A stretch of 63,075 nucleotides of DNA, filler included, from Lenisia limosa (lineage: Eukaryota > Protista > Breviatea), in assembly GCA_001655205.1 (NCBI GenBank). It is 8 parts of 8 records of this genome, joined end to end, with 100 filler letters (N's around TTAATTAATTAA, not from the genome) between each part and the next. Parts side by side here need not be neighbours in the genome. Positions count along the whole stretch, not along the records: positions 1 to 28,077 come from LPNZ01011521.1; 7 more parts are not named here. One strand, 5' to 3'. Shown here one piece after another: positions 1 to 12,200 of the stretch (its first letter is position 1; the number at the start of each line of letters is the position of its first letter). The notes under the pieces are model-generated. The model was not told the DNA's origin and did not search any database. It saw nothing but the letters and a program-made list of their open reading frames with translations. The translations under genes were made by a program, and so were the position numbers.

Positions 1-268
1 CCCCCCCTTATCCGACCGGATTCAAAGGATCTTCTTCTGACATATCAGGGGTTCCAGGGATGACTACTCCTGCACCTGGTTGGTGTTGGTTTCTTAGAAG
101 TCTCCAACTATATACAAAAAAAAACAACTATTGAATGCTGGTATTTTCTCTGGTATATTTGGATATTTGGTATTTGGATTTTTTTTTTAAATTTTTTTTT
201 TATTGCAACCCCGTAACGGCCTCCCTAATTGTCTTTTGATCGTTGCCTTTTCCTTTTGCACTATGTAG

Positions 269-413
269 AAATGAGAAAAAATAAGAGTATCAGGCCGAAG
301 CCGTCCACACCATCACGTTTATAATGGTTATAATTAGTACGATAAATATTTATTCACCCAATCATTTGCCTAACAACTCTGTGCACACAGCTTTCTGCGT
401 GCCTCCCCAGCAT
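269..413 (+). repeat. Dispersed repeat family B, near full-length copy
   Basis: AATGAGAAA..GGCCGAAGCCGTCCACACCATCACG..TTCACCCAATCATTTGCC..CTGTGCACACAGCTTTCTGCGTGCCTCCCCAGCAT recurs about 13 times in the window. Confidence 0.85.
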
Positions 414-586
414 AGTAATAGCACCCTTTGTTGAGTCTTTTCCCTGCTATCTGAACCCATTTCAATCAACAATCTCTCTTCTTATTCCACGCATCAACCC
501 AAGGCGCCTCAACCACGCATTGACAAAAGCCTCCATCAAGAGTAGCAGTATCAAGTAGCTTAGACCTAACACCGGTATGGACAAGA

Positions 587-3500
587 TTAGATTCTGCGAT
601 GTCTCTTTGGTGCCGGCGCCGGGGTCTTCGAAGCCTCGTCAACCTCCACCGCCTTTGGCATGGCTGCCACCGGCTCGGCTTCAATATCTGGGGGGTGAAA
701 TAAACGATGAAATAACAGTAATGAACCAAGCCCTTATTAGTATGCTGAGCCCTTCTAAGCGTGATGGTGTGGACAGCTTTGGCCAGATACAACCTATTTT
801 TTTATTTCTCATTGCTATTATATGTAGTCCAAGCTGAAACATACCATATCTGTCTTTGCCCTTTTCTTCAAGGTAGTTATTGAGCATCTCAAACTCATGT
901 TTCGCCCTAGCCTCGGCTTTTCGAACCTCAGCTTCTTGCTCCTTCCGTGTCCTGGAAGTGTTAATTGTCCTGGGGCTAATTTCCTGGGGATACTAATATG
1001 TCCCAGGGGAGCTCAATGAACAGACACCCAGCCAACTGTTCAGTTTCCTTCCAAACGGGAAGATGGTCATCATCACCTCCCTACAACGTTAACAGATGAG
1101 AGGTACTACTGTTGAATTTTCGAGTACATATGTTTGCTACTTTGGATATTTGTCTCTTTGACCACATATTTGTTCATCACAACTCTTTGATGTAGTATTT
1201 TTTCATCGCAACTCACCATTTCGTCATCATCGAGGTCGTCAAAGTCCATGAAGTCTCTGGAGCTAACCAAACTCTTCGAATTAAACCCTGTGAAGGCCAT
1301 GCCCTGGGGGGAGTAAAACGAAGGAAATTTCGATGAAGAATATTNNNNNNNNNNNNNNNNNNNNNNNNNNNNNNNNNNNNNNNNNNNNNNNNNNNNNNNN
1401 NNNNNNNNNNNNNNNNNNNNNNNNNNNNNNNNNNNNNNNNNNNNNNNNGTTGACTGACAACACACAAGGGTTGATAACAAAATAAACAAAGCCCAGGCCT
1501 GAGGATAGGAATACTGGAGCCTTCATGGCAGTTGATTAGAGCTGCTTCAAAAATAAGCCGACCTTATCATCCTCCACATCTTCGAGCTGGGGCTGGCGCT
1601 TCAGGCTGTCCTCGTCTGCCTCGGCCTCCATATCAGGCTCCAGGAGCTGCAAGGGTGACTCAAGAATGACGCTGCGGAAGTTGGTTCAATACCATTACTG
1701 TGAACGAATCAGAGCGGGTTGTCGTACCGTTTGATGCTGGTCCACAGACATTTTGAACCGTTTAGGTAACACTGGCGCTGTTGCCCTTTCGTACTGCAAT
1801 ATGAGACCCAATATTGATAACGATAAAAAAGCAAGTGGAAATAAACAAGTTTAACTAATTAGTTTATTTCAAAAAAGGTTCTACCCCCCTATCGCCAACC
1901 TCAACCTCATGATCATCAAAGTACTTCGCCTGAAAAGTCAATAGAATCAAGAGATAAGACAAAAGTCTTATCACAAAGCACACAATGCTTCATTCCTATC
2001 CATTACATACTTTTTGAGACTTCGGGACAGGAATGTCCTTCAGAGGTTTGTCAACTGAATAGTCTCCAACATCAGCGAAGATACTGCATGGTTACAACAA
2101 GGTAGAATATTCGAGCGTTGGAGAATACTTAAAAAGTACCACTATTAAAAAAACCATTTCCCCCACCAACTCATCATTAATCTTATTCTTCTCCTCTTCG
2201 AGTTTCAAAGCCTCCGCCTCAGCCTCCTGCTGCTTCAGCTCGGCTAAATTTGTGAAGGAGAGAACGCGACAAATAGTCAAACCCCTATGCCAAATAAGCC
2301 AAACACCAACCCCTATGCTGCTTCTTGAGCTTCTTGTAGAGCTTGTGTGAGGCGGGTTTAATGTAGGACATGGCTTTGGAAATGGCAAAAATGGCCTTGA
2401 AGGGGATGGTAGCAGGCATGATTTTCTAAAGAAGTCAGGTACCAATACTTCTGGAACTCATAAGAACAGCAATCAGAGCACCATGTTCTCACCCCCCCCC
2501 CCACGCCATAAGCCGCGCAAGNNNNNNNNNNNNNNNNNNNNNNNNNNNNNNNNNNNNNNNNNNNNNNNNNNNNNNNNNNCGAAAGTGGCGTCCTCGTCAG
2601 TTTGGAATGTTAGTCCAGACCGTCCTGAAGGGGTAAGGAGTGAGTAAGAAGGGGCACGGAGTGAGCAAGAAGGGGATAGGAACACAGAAAGCAGCCGCAT
2701 CAAAAGCCTACCAGGAAGGAAAGACTCAACAGTGTGGTTAGTAGGTTCCTTTTGCCGGTTCAGGAAGGCCAACACTCCTGGGGGGGGGGGGGGTNNNNNN
2801 NNNNNNNNNNNNNNNNNNNNNNNNNNNNNNNNNNNNNNNNNNNNNNNNNNNNNNNNNNNNNNNNNNNNACTAGTGCCCTTCTCTGACATGATCTTGGGGG
2901 TGATGACGGTTCCAGCTGTGCGACTATAACATTAGTGATGTAAAATAAGTAGTAAAGGCTAGAAATTCAACTATGGCCATCCAAAGGGCTGTTGAGGCTT
3001 AAAATCCGGCCGCCTACGGTGCGGATTCCGTTGATTGAAGGGTGTTTTCCATCTCCTTCTCAACATCCTCATCAGCCTAAAAGGTCAAGGCTGTCTGTCA
3101 CATAAAAATGACTGGATGTCTTGATGAATATCAGATATTCCTAGACTTTTATGGACCCTCTTCTCACCTTGGAAGCACGAGTCTTCCTCAAAAGGGCATA
3201 ATCCAGACCCTTGACAAGATGAGTATGTTCAATATCTCCACCAAGGAACTTCGACTCTTCAATTGTACGCTCTCTATTCTGCTTTGTCCTAAAATGGTCA
3301 ATACAATCTTTCACAACCCAAAATCCCTATCTATCCCCCCCCCCCCNNNNNNNNNNNNNNNNNNNNNNNNNNNNNNNNNNNNNNNNNNNNNNNNNNNNNN
3401 NNNNNNNNNNNNNNNNNNNNNNNNNNNNNNNNNNNNNNNNNNNNNNNAATCATCATCCATTCCTTGATAGTTAAATATACGCTTCAGCCCAAGCTGCGTA

Positions 3501-4160
3501 TCAGTCATACACCCACCAAGACGACGCTCAGCGGCTCTGTCTCTGTAGAGCTCTCCGGAGGCTCCCTTCCATTTCGGTGCCTTCTTCTCTTTCTTCTCCT
3601 GCCGCATCAACACCAAAAATGGACAACAAGACCAAACATGTTGGTAAACAATGGAAAATCCCCCACCTTTTTTGGGGCAGCCTTGTCCTTTTCCTCCTGA
3701 GCTTGACGGTTCATCAACCTATAGGGAAATAAACATGGTCTGTGAATCAGGAAAAACTTCAGATTACATTACAAAGATTGATCCAAACGTCCATTGAGGC
3801 GCAGTTCCTAACTTACTTCGCCTGCTCGCGCTGGAGACGCCGTCTAAAGTGTCAAATGAGTAAACTGAGCAAAAATGCAACAATATTCACAGATAGATAG
3901 ATGCCTTTATCACCACTCAATCCTCCTAAAGAAGCCAACTTTTAATAAACCAGAGACTCCAGATAATAATGGTATTGATCGGGAAATCCCATCAATCAAG
4001 GAGGGTTTCCTACCTGCTAGCCTCAGCATCAGCCTTTGATCTTGAGGGTGTTGTCGGCCTGTTCCGGGCTGGGGTCATAAGAAGACGCCTGAAATCATTT
4101 TGTGTCAAATTCCTGGAAGTTAGGCCAAGAAGAGTCGAAGAGGGACGCGTACTTTGACAT
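587..4160 (-). CDS. IK: Spliceosomal B-complex protein RED / IK (multi-exon)
   Basis: Spliced translation gives RED-family motifs in the expected order: MSK|NLTQNDFRRLLMTP (4160-4050), LYRDRAAERR (~3540), HTHLVKGLDYALLRK (~3200), ESFLPGR (~2715), ISKAMSYIK..KKLKK (~2370), IFADVGDY (~2070). Stop TAA at 587-589. Internal exons are partly hidden by N gaps. Confidence 0.85.
1304..1500 (-). repeat. Family C intron-3'-end cassette (RED intron; middle in N gap)
   Basis: GGCCTGGGCTTTGTTT..TCAACCCTTGTGTG..TCAAC [gap] ..TTTTACTCCCCCCAG abutting an exon. Confidence 0.7.
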
Positions 4161-4629
4161 TTTAGCTACTAGGAAAGGGAAAACCTGTTTTGTCAAATAA
4201 CTCTTGTGATTCAACAACCAAACAAATTCTTAATCAATGAGAGGCAAAAGCCAAAAGATTTGGTCAAAAAAAATTCTTCACTAAATAAGAGTCTAAATCC
4301 GTAAATATACAGGCAGAAAATTTCATTCACTTCTTTTCCTCTTTATCTGATGATGTTTGTATCTTATTTTCAAATACCACTAAATAGAAGCTTTCATTTT
4401 GTTGTGCTACTGTCCCTTTGCAACTCTTACAAATTGGTATACGTGCCTTTCACAGCCTTCTAGATCTTATTTTATATTGATTCATCAAGACAACACTATT
4501 AGTCCACACTTCTGAGGTTGAGAGGGATCGGTTTCTTATTGGTCACATTTGTCTGTCATCTGTCTGCCCTCCCTCTTACACTAACCCTTTGCTCACTCAC
4601 TCTTCTAGAGATTCAAAAAAGAAGACAAA

Positions 4630-7600
4630 ATGAACTCCCCTCTTTCAAGTACTGGAAGTCGCATGGCAGAGAATGTGAGTTACTTGAGTGAATCCCTCTC
4701 CTTCTGCTTCTTACACCTCAACTTCTCTGCTTCTTCTTACACCTCAGAACGACAACATTTCAGTGATTGAGGAATCTTCTTCATCCCTGGCCACCAAAAA
4801 AGTGGTATGCAATGGTATATTTTTAATAAATGGATTATTATGTTACAATGGGAACTTTTTCTGTCAAACTGCGCTCATTTTTATTTTAGAAGAAAGGAAA
4901 GAAAAAGCAGAAAAATTCGTCCTCTGATGTTCAGAAGGTATTTGGAATTAAGAATATACACATAAATAGCTTCAAATAGTGAACCAGGTTTTTTTTTTCT
5001 CACCCAATAGGACCAATTGGTAGACCCCCTGGCATCAGGCATTCAAGATGGGATGAAGACCGCCAAGCAGCTCAAATTCGAGAAAAGAATGAAGGAACGA
5101 ATGGAACGCGATCGAATTGACCTTGAGAAAATGAAGGCTTTAAGAAAGAGAAAAGAGGAGAAGTCTTTAAAAGAAGGAAAAGTTCAAAAGAATGAGTCTG
5201 CTCCTCAAAAGACGAAGTCCCCCGCACTTCAAACACAAGAAGAACCCAATATGGAGGAAGTTAAGAGTACCAAGCAACTGCGGTTTGAAAAAAGAATGAA
5301 GGAAAAGATGGAAAGAGATCGTCTTGACCTTGAACAAAGGAGGGCAAAGAAAGTGGAGAAGAAAGAAAAGGAAAAAACCGAAAAGAAAGATACTGAAGAA
5401 GAAGGAAATGAAAATGAAATGACAGATACGAAAAAATGTAAGGATGAAGCGCAAAAGGATGAAGTGAATAAAGAAGCCCAGAAGGTTAACGAAATTGTTG
5501 TTGTTCAGGAAGATACAAAGGTAGAATACAAAGTGGCCGCTAAAGAAAAGGAAGAGGAAGAACAGCTATCCCAATCCGCGTCAGTAATCTCTGAGGTGCC
5601 CACGGTGAAATCTGCAGAAGCCTCAAAGTCAGCTGAAACAGTTGCCTCGGTCTCTACTGACCAACCTGACCTTTCCAACCCAGTGCTCAAACCAAAGTAC
5701 GATGCCATCATCCGCACCATCTCCACCATCCAGGTCAAGCTCGAGCGTCTCAGTAACGGACAGCTCAGCCCAAATGGACAGGTGGGGGACCTAAAACATG
5801 AAGATCAAGTAATATGACATCTTGTCACCAGAACTTCATTGATTTGGTCAAATAATTTCCTCAAAAATTTTATTGCACGGATTTCCATAAACAACGCGTC
5901 ACTCTTAAAGCATATTATGTTTTCTTTTTGGCTAATTATTATTCTGATCCTTCTTCAGTATACAGTACCTTACGAAATAGAGTGAGCAAATACGTCTCGA
6001 ACAGAAACTGCAGAAGGCCATTCGCTACCGAAACTCTCTTCTAAAACCAGCAACTCCGAAAACCATTCCAACCGCATCTCGCTGCGCACCTTCAGCCGCC
6101 GCCACCAAGCCTGTGAAGGCCAAATCCGCAGCAAAGAAGGATGTCATCTATATGACCCAGCCTGAGCTAGTGGAGTACCTGAAGAACGACACTCTCACCA
6201 AAGCAACTGATGAGGTTCAGAAGATGTTCTACCAGCAGTACATGGCCGTTACACGTGAAATTGTATGAACTCGAGCGTTGTTGATTCACTCTTGCCTTTT
6301 CAACCTTCCAAGCTCATGATCATTTAGTTAAATTGCGTGAAAGAAAAAAGATCCTCGCTGTATTACAAAAGAAAAGAGCTTATTAAGAAACTTGAAAAGG
6401 TTGGTGTGTGCTCTTTTTACCAAATTCCCACTGTCATCTAACCACTGTATAGGATGCTCGTCAAGCTACAACGTTGAAAGTCCCAGTCAAGTCCGTCTCT
6501 AAACGAGTACGTGCTAAAGCGCCTGAGGACCAACCTCCAATGAAGAAAGCAGCTATTCAACCTCCCATAAAAAAAGCAGCTATTCAACCTCCAATGGAAG
6601 AACCCGCCGTAACCCTTGGTTGGCCTCTACAATGTGATATATTCTTTCATTCTACTTGTTATGGGCAGCAACCTTCTTCATTTTTCTCATCCTGGCAGTC
6701 GACACAGCTACCACCACGGATACTCCCTTCTGGGCTCTTAGTGACTCCTTCAAGTTTGGCACTTGTGACGACCTTGACATCTCTCAAAATGTGCGCAACA
6801 ACTAAGACTGTACACCGTTTTCTATTTCTCATTGCAGTATATTTCTGTTCAGCCTTCTGACACTCTCAGCTAACTAACCAATTTGACGAACTCCTTGGTG
6901 ACTTTTCCGTTTATGACAGCGGCAAAACTAGTGAAATGAGTAAGCTTTCAACATTGAACTTTTCCAACTGTGGTGTTCCTTTGTTTCTCAATTCAACATC
7001 TAGTACAGTAAAGTAGACAATGTTCACCTTTTAGCAAGCAACGTTCTCAATACTTGTTCAACCATGATTCAGCAATTTAGCCATACCCTCAAGTAAGGAA
7101 GGGTGGGAATAATCGATCGAATTTCCATGTGTTTGGAGTCATACTTGGCTCTTCACGTCTTTATACGATTTATTTTTGCGATTATTTTTTGGGAAATTCT
7201 AAAACAGGGGGGTGGGGTCTNNNNNNNNNNNNNNNNNNNNNNNNNNNNNNNNNNNNNNNGGGGGGAGGCTTGAGCCAAAAAAAAATGTAATTATATGATA
7301 TAATTTTTATATGACGATGCCTTGGTTGTTGACACTTCCAGAACAGGTCTTGTCAGGGGATGCGCTCGCACTCACAACAAACAGCCCGGTGAGTGGTCAC
7401 TTGAACTAATGTTACCAACCTCTTTTGCCAGCCGTTCTGACTCTTAGGACACCCCTCTGTAATGAACTGCCCTGGCTTCAAGGACAATAATTACTGCTGT
7501 GGTGAGTAGGGCGGAACTATTGGTGTCATCAGCTGCATTTGCTGACCCATCAGATATTGTCAACTGTGGATGTGGGCACAATGACGCTCGAGGCCTTGCA

Positions 7601-7765
7601 GTCATCTTCTGCAGTCGCTGCCACTACTGGTACGATTGATAATGAAGGCCTTTGAATGAGTTACCCCTTAGGCACCATGCCTGTTGTAACCCCGAGAGCC
7701 TTAGCATCATTCTCCCTGGAACGGCGGTGTCAATGTGCTCCAACTGCATCTCATTGAGTTCCGCC
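4630..7765 (+). CDS. Hypothetical Lys/Glu-rich protein with C-terminal PHD finger (multi-exon; 3' end runs into N gap)
   Basis: ATG at 4630, long charged exon 5017-5810, then short exons that splice in frame to DIVNCGCGHNDARGLAVIFCSRCHYW|HHACCN...SMCSNC (7553-7750), a Cys4-His-Cys3 PHD spacing. That the charged region and the PHD belong to one gene is inferred from compatible GT-AG phases. Confidence 0.55.
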
Positions 7766-8020
7766 NNNNNNNNNNNNNNNNNNNNNNNNNNNNNNNNNNN
7801 NNNNNNNNNNNNNNNNNNNNNNNNNNNNNNNNNNNNNNNNNNNNNNNNNNNNNNNNNNNNNNNNNNNNNACGCCTACTCACAATTCAGCTTTCTTCTCGA
7901 CCTGTTCCCGTGACTGTGGAATGTTAGGTGGTTTGTTTTGTTGTGTATTATAAAGGTACTATAGTTCTTCACAGGTCCTACACTAGTTACATAAGCTACA
8001 TTACAGTTCCAAAGACTAAG

Positions 8021-9290
8021 CTAGCAGGGCTCCTCCCTCGGCTCCACCATGACCTCATTGACCGCTACATGTTCGGGACGTGTTGCTGCATACACCACCG
8101 CGTCCGCAATATCCGAGGGGGCAAGAACCTGGGGGTGAGAGATACTCACAGTAACACTTCCACAGAACACCAATGTAAATGAGCAACAATGACGCAAGGA
8201 GCAGACCTTGGCGCCTGTTGGCTCTCCGAACATTTTAATGCCCTCGGGGTCGCTGGACTTGGCTAGAAGGGGGGTGGCCACGTTTCCGGGTTGGATTGTC
8301 GTAACCTGANNNNNNNNNNNNNNNNNNNNNNNNNNNNNNNNNNNNNNNNNNNNNNNNNNNNNNNNNNNNNNNNNNNNNNNNNNNNNNNNNNNNNNNNNNN
8401 NNNNNNNNNNNNNNNNNNNNNNNNNNNNNNNNNNNNNNNNNNNNNNNNNNNNNNNNNNNNNNNNNNNNNNNNNNNNNNNNNNNNNNNNNNNNNNNNNNNN
8501 NNNNNNNNNNNNNNNNNNNAAATAGTCAGAGACTTCAGGCATGACCCAGCAACCTTACGACCAGCGTCACTTGAGATATTGATAATGTGGCCTGAACCAC
8601 GCTTGAGCATTCCGTCCAAAACACCACCAATTCCGTTGAGCACTCCTGAACCATTAGTCCAATTCCATTGAACTGTTTTCTCCTTGCCCACCCACCCTGG
8701 CAAACAACGTCCACGGTTCTCTTCCAATCGTCTTCCATGAGGTTCTTCATTAGCGTGAAGTACATGACTCCTTATGGGGTTAGAGGATAACATTAATAGA
8801 CTCCTTCTGTTAGAGAATAACACTACTAGTATCCTTTTACTGTGATAGAGATGTGACAATTTGTATTCAGCATACCAGCGTTGTTGACCAGGATATCGGG
8901 GTGGTGGAAGCGCGTCGTCACAGCCTTTACGGGTAAGAGCGTTGCAACTAAGTGTGGTACCCACTTTTATGGCATCCTTGAAGTTGTCTCTATCAGTGAC
9001 GTCACATTGGATGACAAGGGTTTCAGGGGGCTGGGGAACCTTGGTCTGAATAATGCGCTGAGTTTCCTGGGTGGTCATAATTCCTCCAAAGACACCAAGC
9101 TAGCCACAAAACAAACCTGTAATTGGGCCACATTCCGGCCAAGGATGGCGACAATAGCACCCTCCGAGGCAAGCCCAAGGCAGATGCCACGTCCGATTCC
9201 TGATGAGCCTCCTATAGCGTCACGGCCCTCGTCCATGAGTACCTACCAGTGACAACCACAACCTTGCCAGCTAGAGGACCAATGGGAATG
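8021..9290 (-). other. ATRR C-terminal classical SDR (R2) domain
   Basis: TG|[29 protein letters not shown]. The catalytic YxxxK falls in the N gap 8310-8519 and cannot be seen. Confidence 0.88.
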
Positions 9291-12200
9291 GTGGACGGGA
9301 GGGATGGTGAAGACGACACACGCGGGATGGGTGATGTGAAGAGAATGTTGGCGTATCTACGAGTATGAAAAAAATATTCTCGGCAACAGACCTTCTGAAG
9401 GCTAAACGGTCGAGGGCGGGACGGGGCGCGTACCGAAGGGCCCTTTGCGGTCAAACATACAAAACCACAAGGAAATACGAGGGGGATGGGATAACGGAAA
9501 CGCCTACGCAAGATCCTCCTCGGCTCTGGAAGCCACAAAAGTTGATTGTTGCACGAGATAGGCAGTTGGGTCGTCTCCTGTAAGTATGAGGACTGATCCG
9601 ATGCCTCTGACACATAGAAATGAGAAATAAAAACAAGGTTGCATCTAGCCGAAGCCGTCTACACCATCCCGCTTATAAGAGATATTGAATTTTAGTTTCA
9701 TATTAATTCACCAATCATTTGCCTTACAACTCTGCACGCTATCATAGGCATGGATTGCTGTATGAACGCCGACCAACCGAAAGTGGACACAAGTCTGGAG
9801 GTTCGGGCAAGAACGGAAGTTTCGTCGCCTTCAGCGGCCTCCTCCAAACGGTGCTGCCACGCCTNNNNNNNNNNNNNNNNNNNNNNNNNNNNNNNNNNNN
9901 NNNNNNNNNNNNNNNNNNNNNNNNNNNNNNNNNNNNNNNNNNNNNNNNNNNNNNNNNNNNNNNNNNNNNNNNNNNNNNNNNNNNNNNNNNNNNAGCCCTA
10001 TGCTTCTGTCACAGAAAGACTGAAAATCTCGATTAACTCTTGGTCATGCCAGAGCAGCAGGAGAGACAAAAGCCCCATTTACCTTAAACGTGACCCGGGC
10101 GACTGAGTGGCCAGCTCCTTCAATCCAGTCGAAGATCCGGTCCGCGGGGACTGTGCTAGGGTTGGCAAGATGGTACACAGTGCTGACGTGTGAGATGTAA
10201 AATGAGAATAGTAGTGTGGAGTACTTATTACATATACATGTACTCAAAAGTGCCCCCACCTGAAAGAGGGAGAAGAGGCAAGAGCAACAGCTGCGCCGGC
10301 GGCCCAGTCCACAGCAGTCATTTCCATCTGAATCGGTGAAAGGTGTGCACGTGACATGATTGCCTTGATCATGCACCCACATTCCATCCGGCAACATCAG
10401 GGGCATAACCGAGCTGCACGGCCGCACGCATGAGCATAAACTGGTAGTCCATATCGTTGTATGCTGAAGTAGTTGAAGCGCCTGCCAGGTTGCCGCACCT
10501 GATATGTGAGAACAGTCCAACAAACGGGCAAGTCACCCCCAACAGACCGAACAATGTTGGCCTTGAGCCCGTTGAAACGAGCTTGTTCAATCAGGCGCTC
10601 ACAGACCCACTTGCTTTGTCCATAGCCGTCACCAAGATGCTATAGGCGTCAGAGATTCAGTGTTGGTCATAAAGTCACGGCATCAAAAAGTACGGCCATG
10701 AAAAAAGTCAGGCCATCATAAAAGTCAGGACTACTCACGTGTACGAAAGACGAGATGTTCTCAGTTTCGCGGCATTGACGACGGCCGATGGGCCAAATTC
10801 CGGTGGTGGAGATGAACGTCAGGAATGAAGCCGGCGCTGAGAGGTAACGTCAAAATAAGCCGAGCTGAGTGGGAGAAGATCGCCAACACCCCCAACCAGT
10901 CGAAGCCATCCTGATGATTTCTTTGGTTCCGGAAACGTTGGCAGGAGCAAGGGCTGAGTATGGTAGAGACAGATTCACGTTCGCTCTGCAATGTCAGTGG
11001 GAAATGCATCCTCCACAGACTCACCCCGCGTGGATGATGTGCTGGCACTGTGTAACGGTTTCAACGTCTTCTGCGGAGAGGGCCAGTTGAGGCTGTGTAA
11101 GGTCGCACGGAATGACGGAAATGCGGCCGCCTAAATGCATTAGCAATTGCAGTAATAACAGGTCAACATCCCTCCCCCACTTGAGAGGGCCTCGGAAATG
11201 GGGGAGCTGAGCAGGTTCTTTGCCTGAAGGTTGGCAGTCACGCGACCGGTAGCGGCGGCGGCGTTGTCACCCCGGGCCAGGACAATTATCTTGCAGTCCG
11301 CGGGGGCTGCAGTGAAGACAGCCTTGAGCGTTAGTGCGGTCATGGNNNNNNNNNNNNNNNNNNNNNNNNNNNNNNNNNNNNNNNNNNNNNNNNNNNNNNN
11401 NNNNNNNNNNNNNNNNNNNNNNNNNNNNNNNNNNNNNNNNNNNNNNNNNNNNTGAAGGCTCCAAGATAACCCGTGGCTCCGGTGACCGCAACGGAAGAGG
11501 CCGACTTCAGCGGGATGAATTCTGAAGCGGTCAGCGTCTGAGAATCGGCAGGAAAGACCCACCCTGGTAGTTGACTAGGGGAAGACCCTCCATCCTGGCC
11601 TCGGCGTTAAAGTCCGTGGAAATGAGAGAAAGCGCACGGTCGCGGCCACATGGGTTGTAGAGGCGATCTGGGGGTGAGGGGCCATGGATTTCGAGGGGCA
11701 TCATACCAATAATAGGCAGAAGTCTGTTGATGGTGGGGTAGGCGTAAATATCCTTGAGAGATACCTATACAAAATAAACAGCAACTGAAGGGATTCTGGG
11801 TCTCTAATGCCTTCTCGAATTCCTCTGCTGATTTATCGATAGTTTTCGACGATTTTATTGACCTGACATTCCTTTAAGCCTCCACGCACCTGCAATCCAA
11901 AGACTCCTTGTATCCTCTTGACAAGCCACACGGAGGACAGTGAATGTCCACCAAGATCAAAGAAGGAGTCATCAACACAAACCGAGCCAGGTGTGAGGTG
12001 CAAGACTTCTTCGAAGAGCTAAAGAGGTGATGATGGGGTGTCAATACAAAAACATCAGTTTTCTGATCAGCAGCACCACGCACCAGTAATAGGGCGGAAC
12101 GTCTGTCCACGTCAGAGCTTTCCTTAGTGCATCGGAGAGCAAAGGACGGTACTGGGCCTCCAAGCGGATGGCTGGATGCAAGCATGATGTCCGACTGGCC

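Noticed and set aside
8021-9290. Stand-alone SDR gene
   Set aside because: It splices in frame to the upstream R1 domain, and the linker aligns with the ATRR R1-R2 junction.
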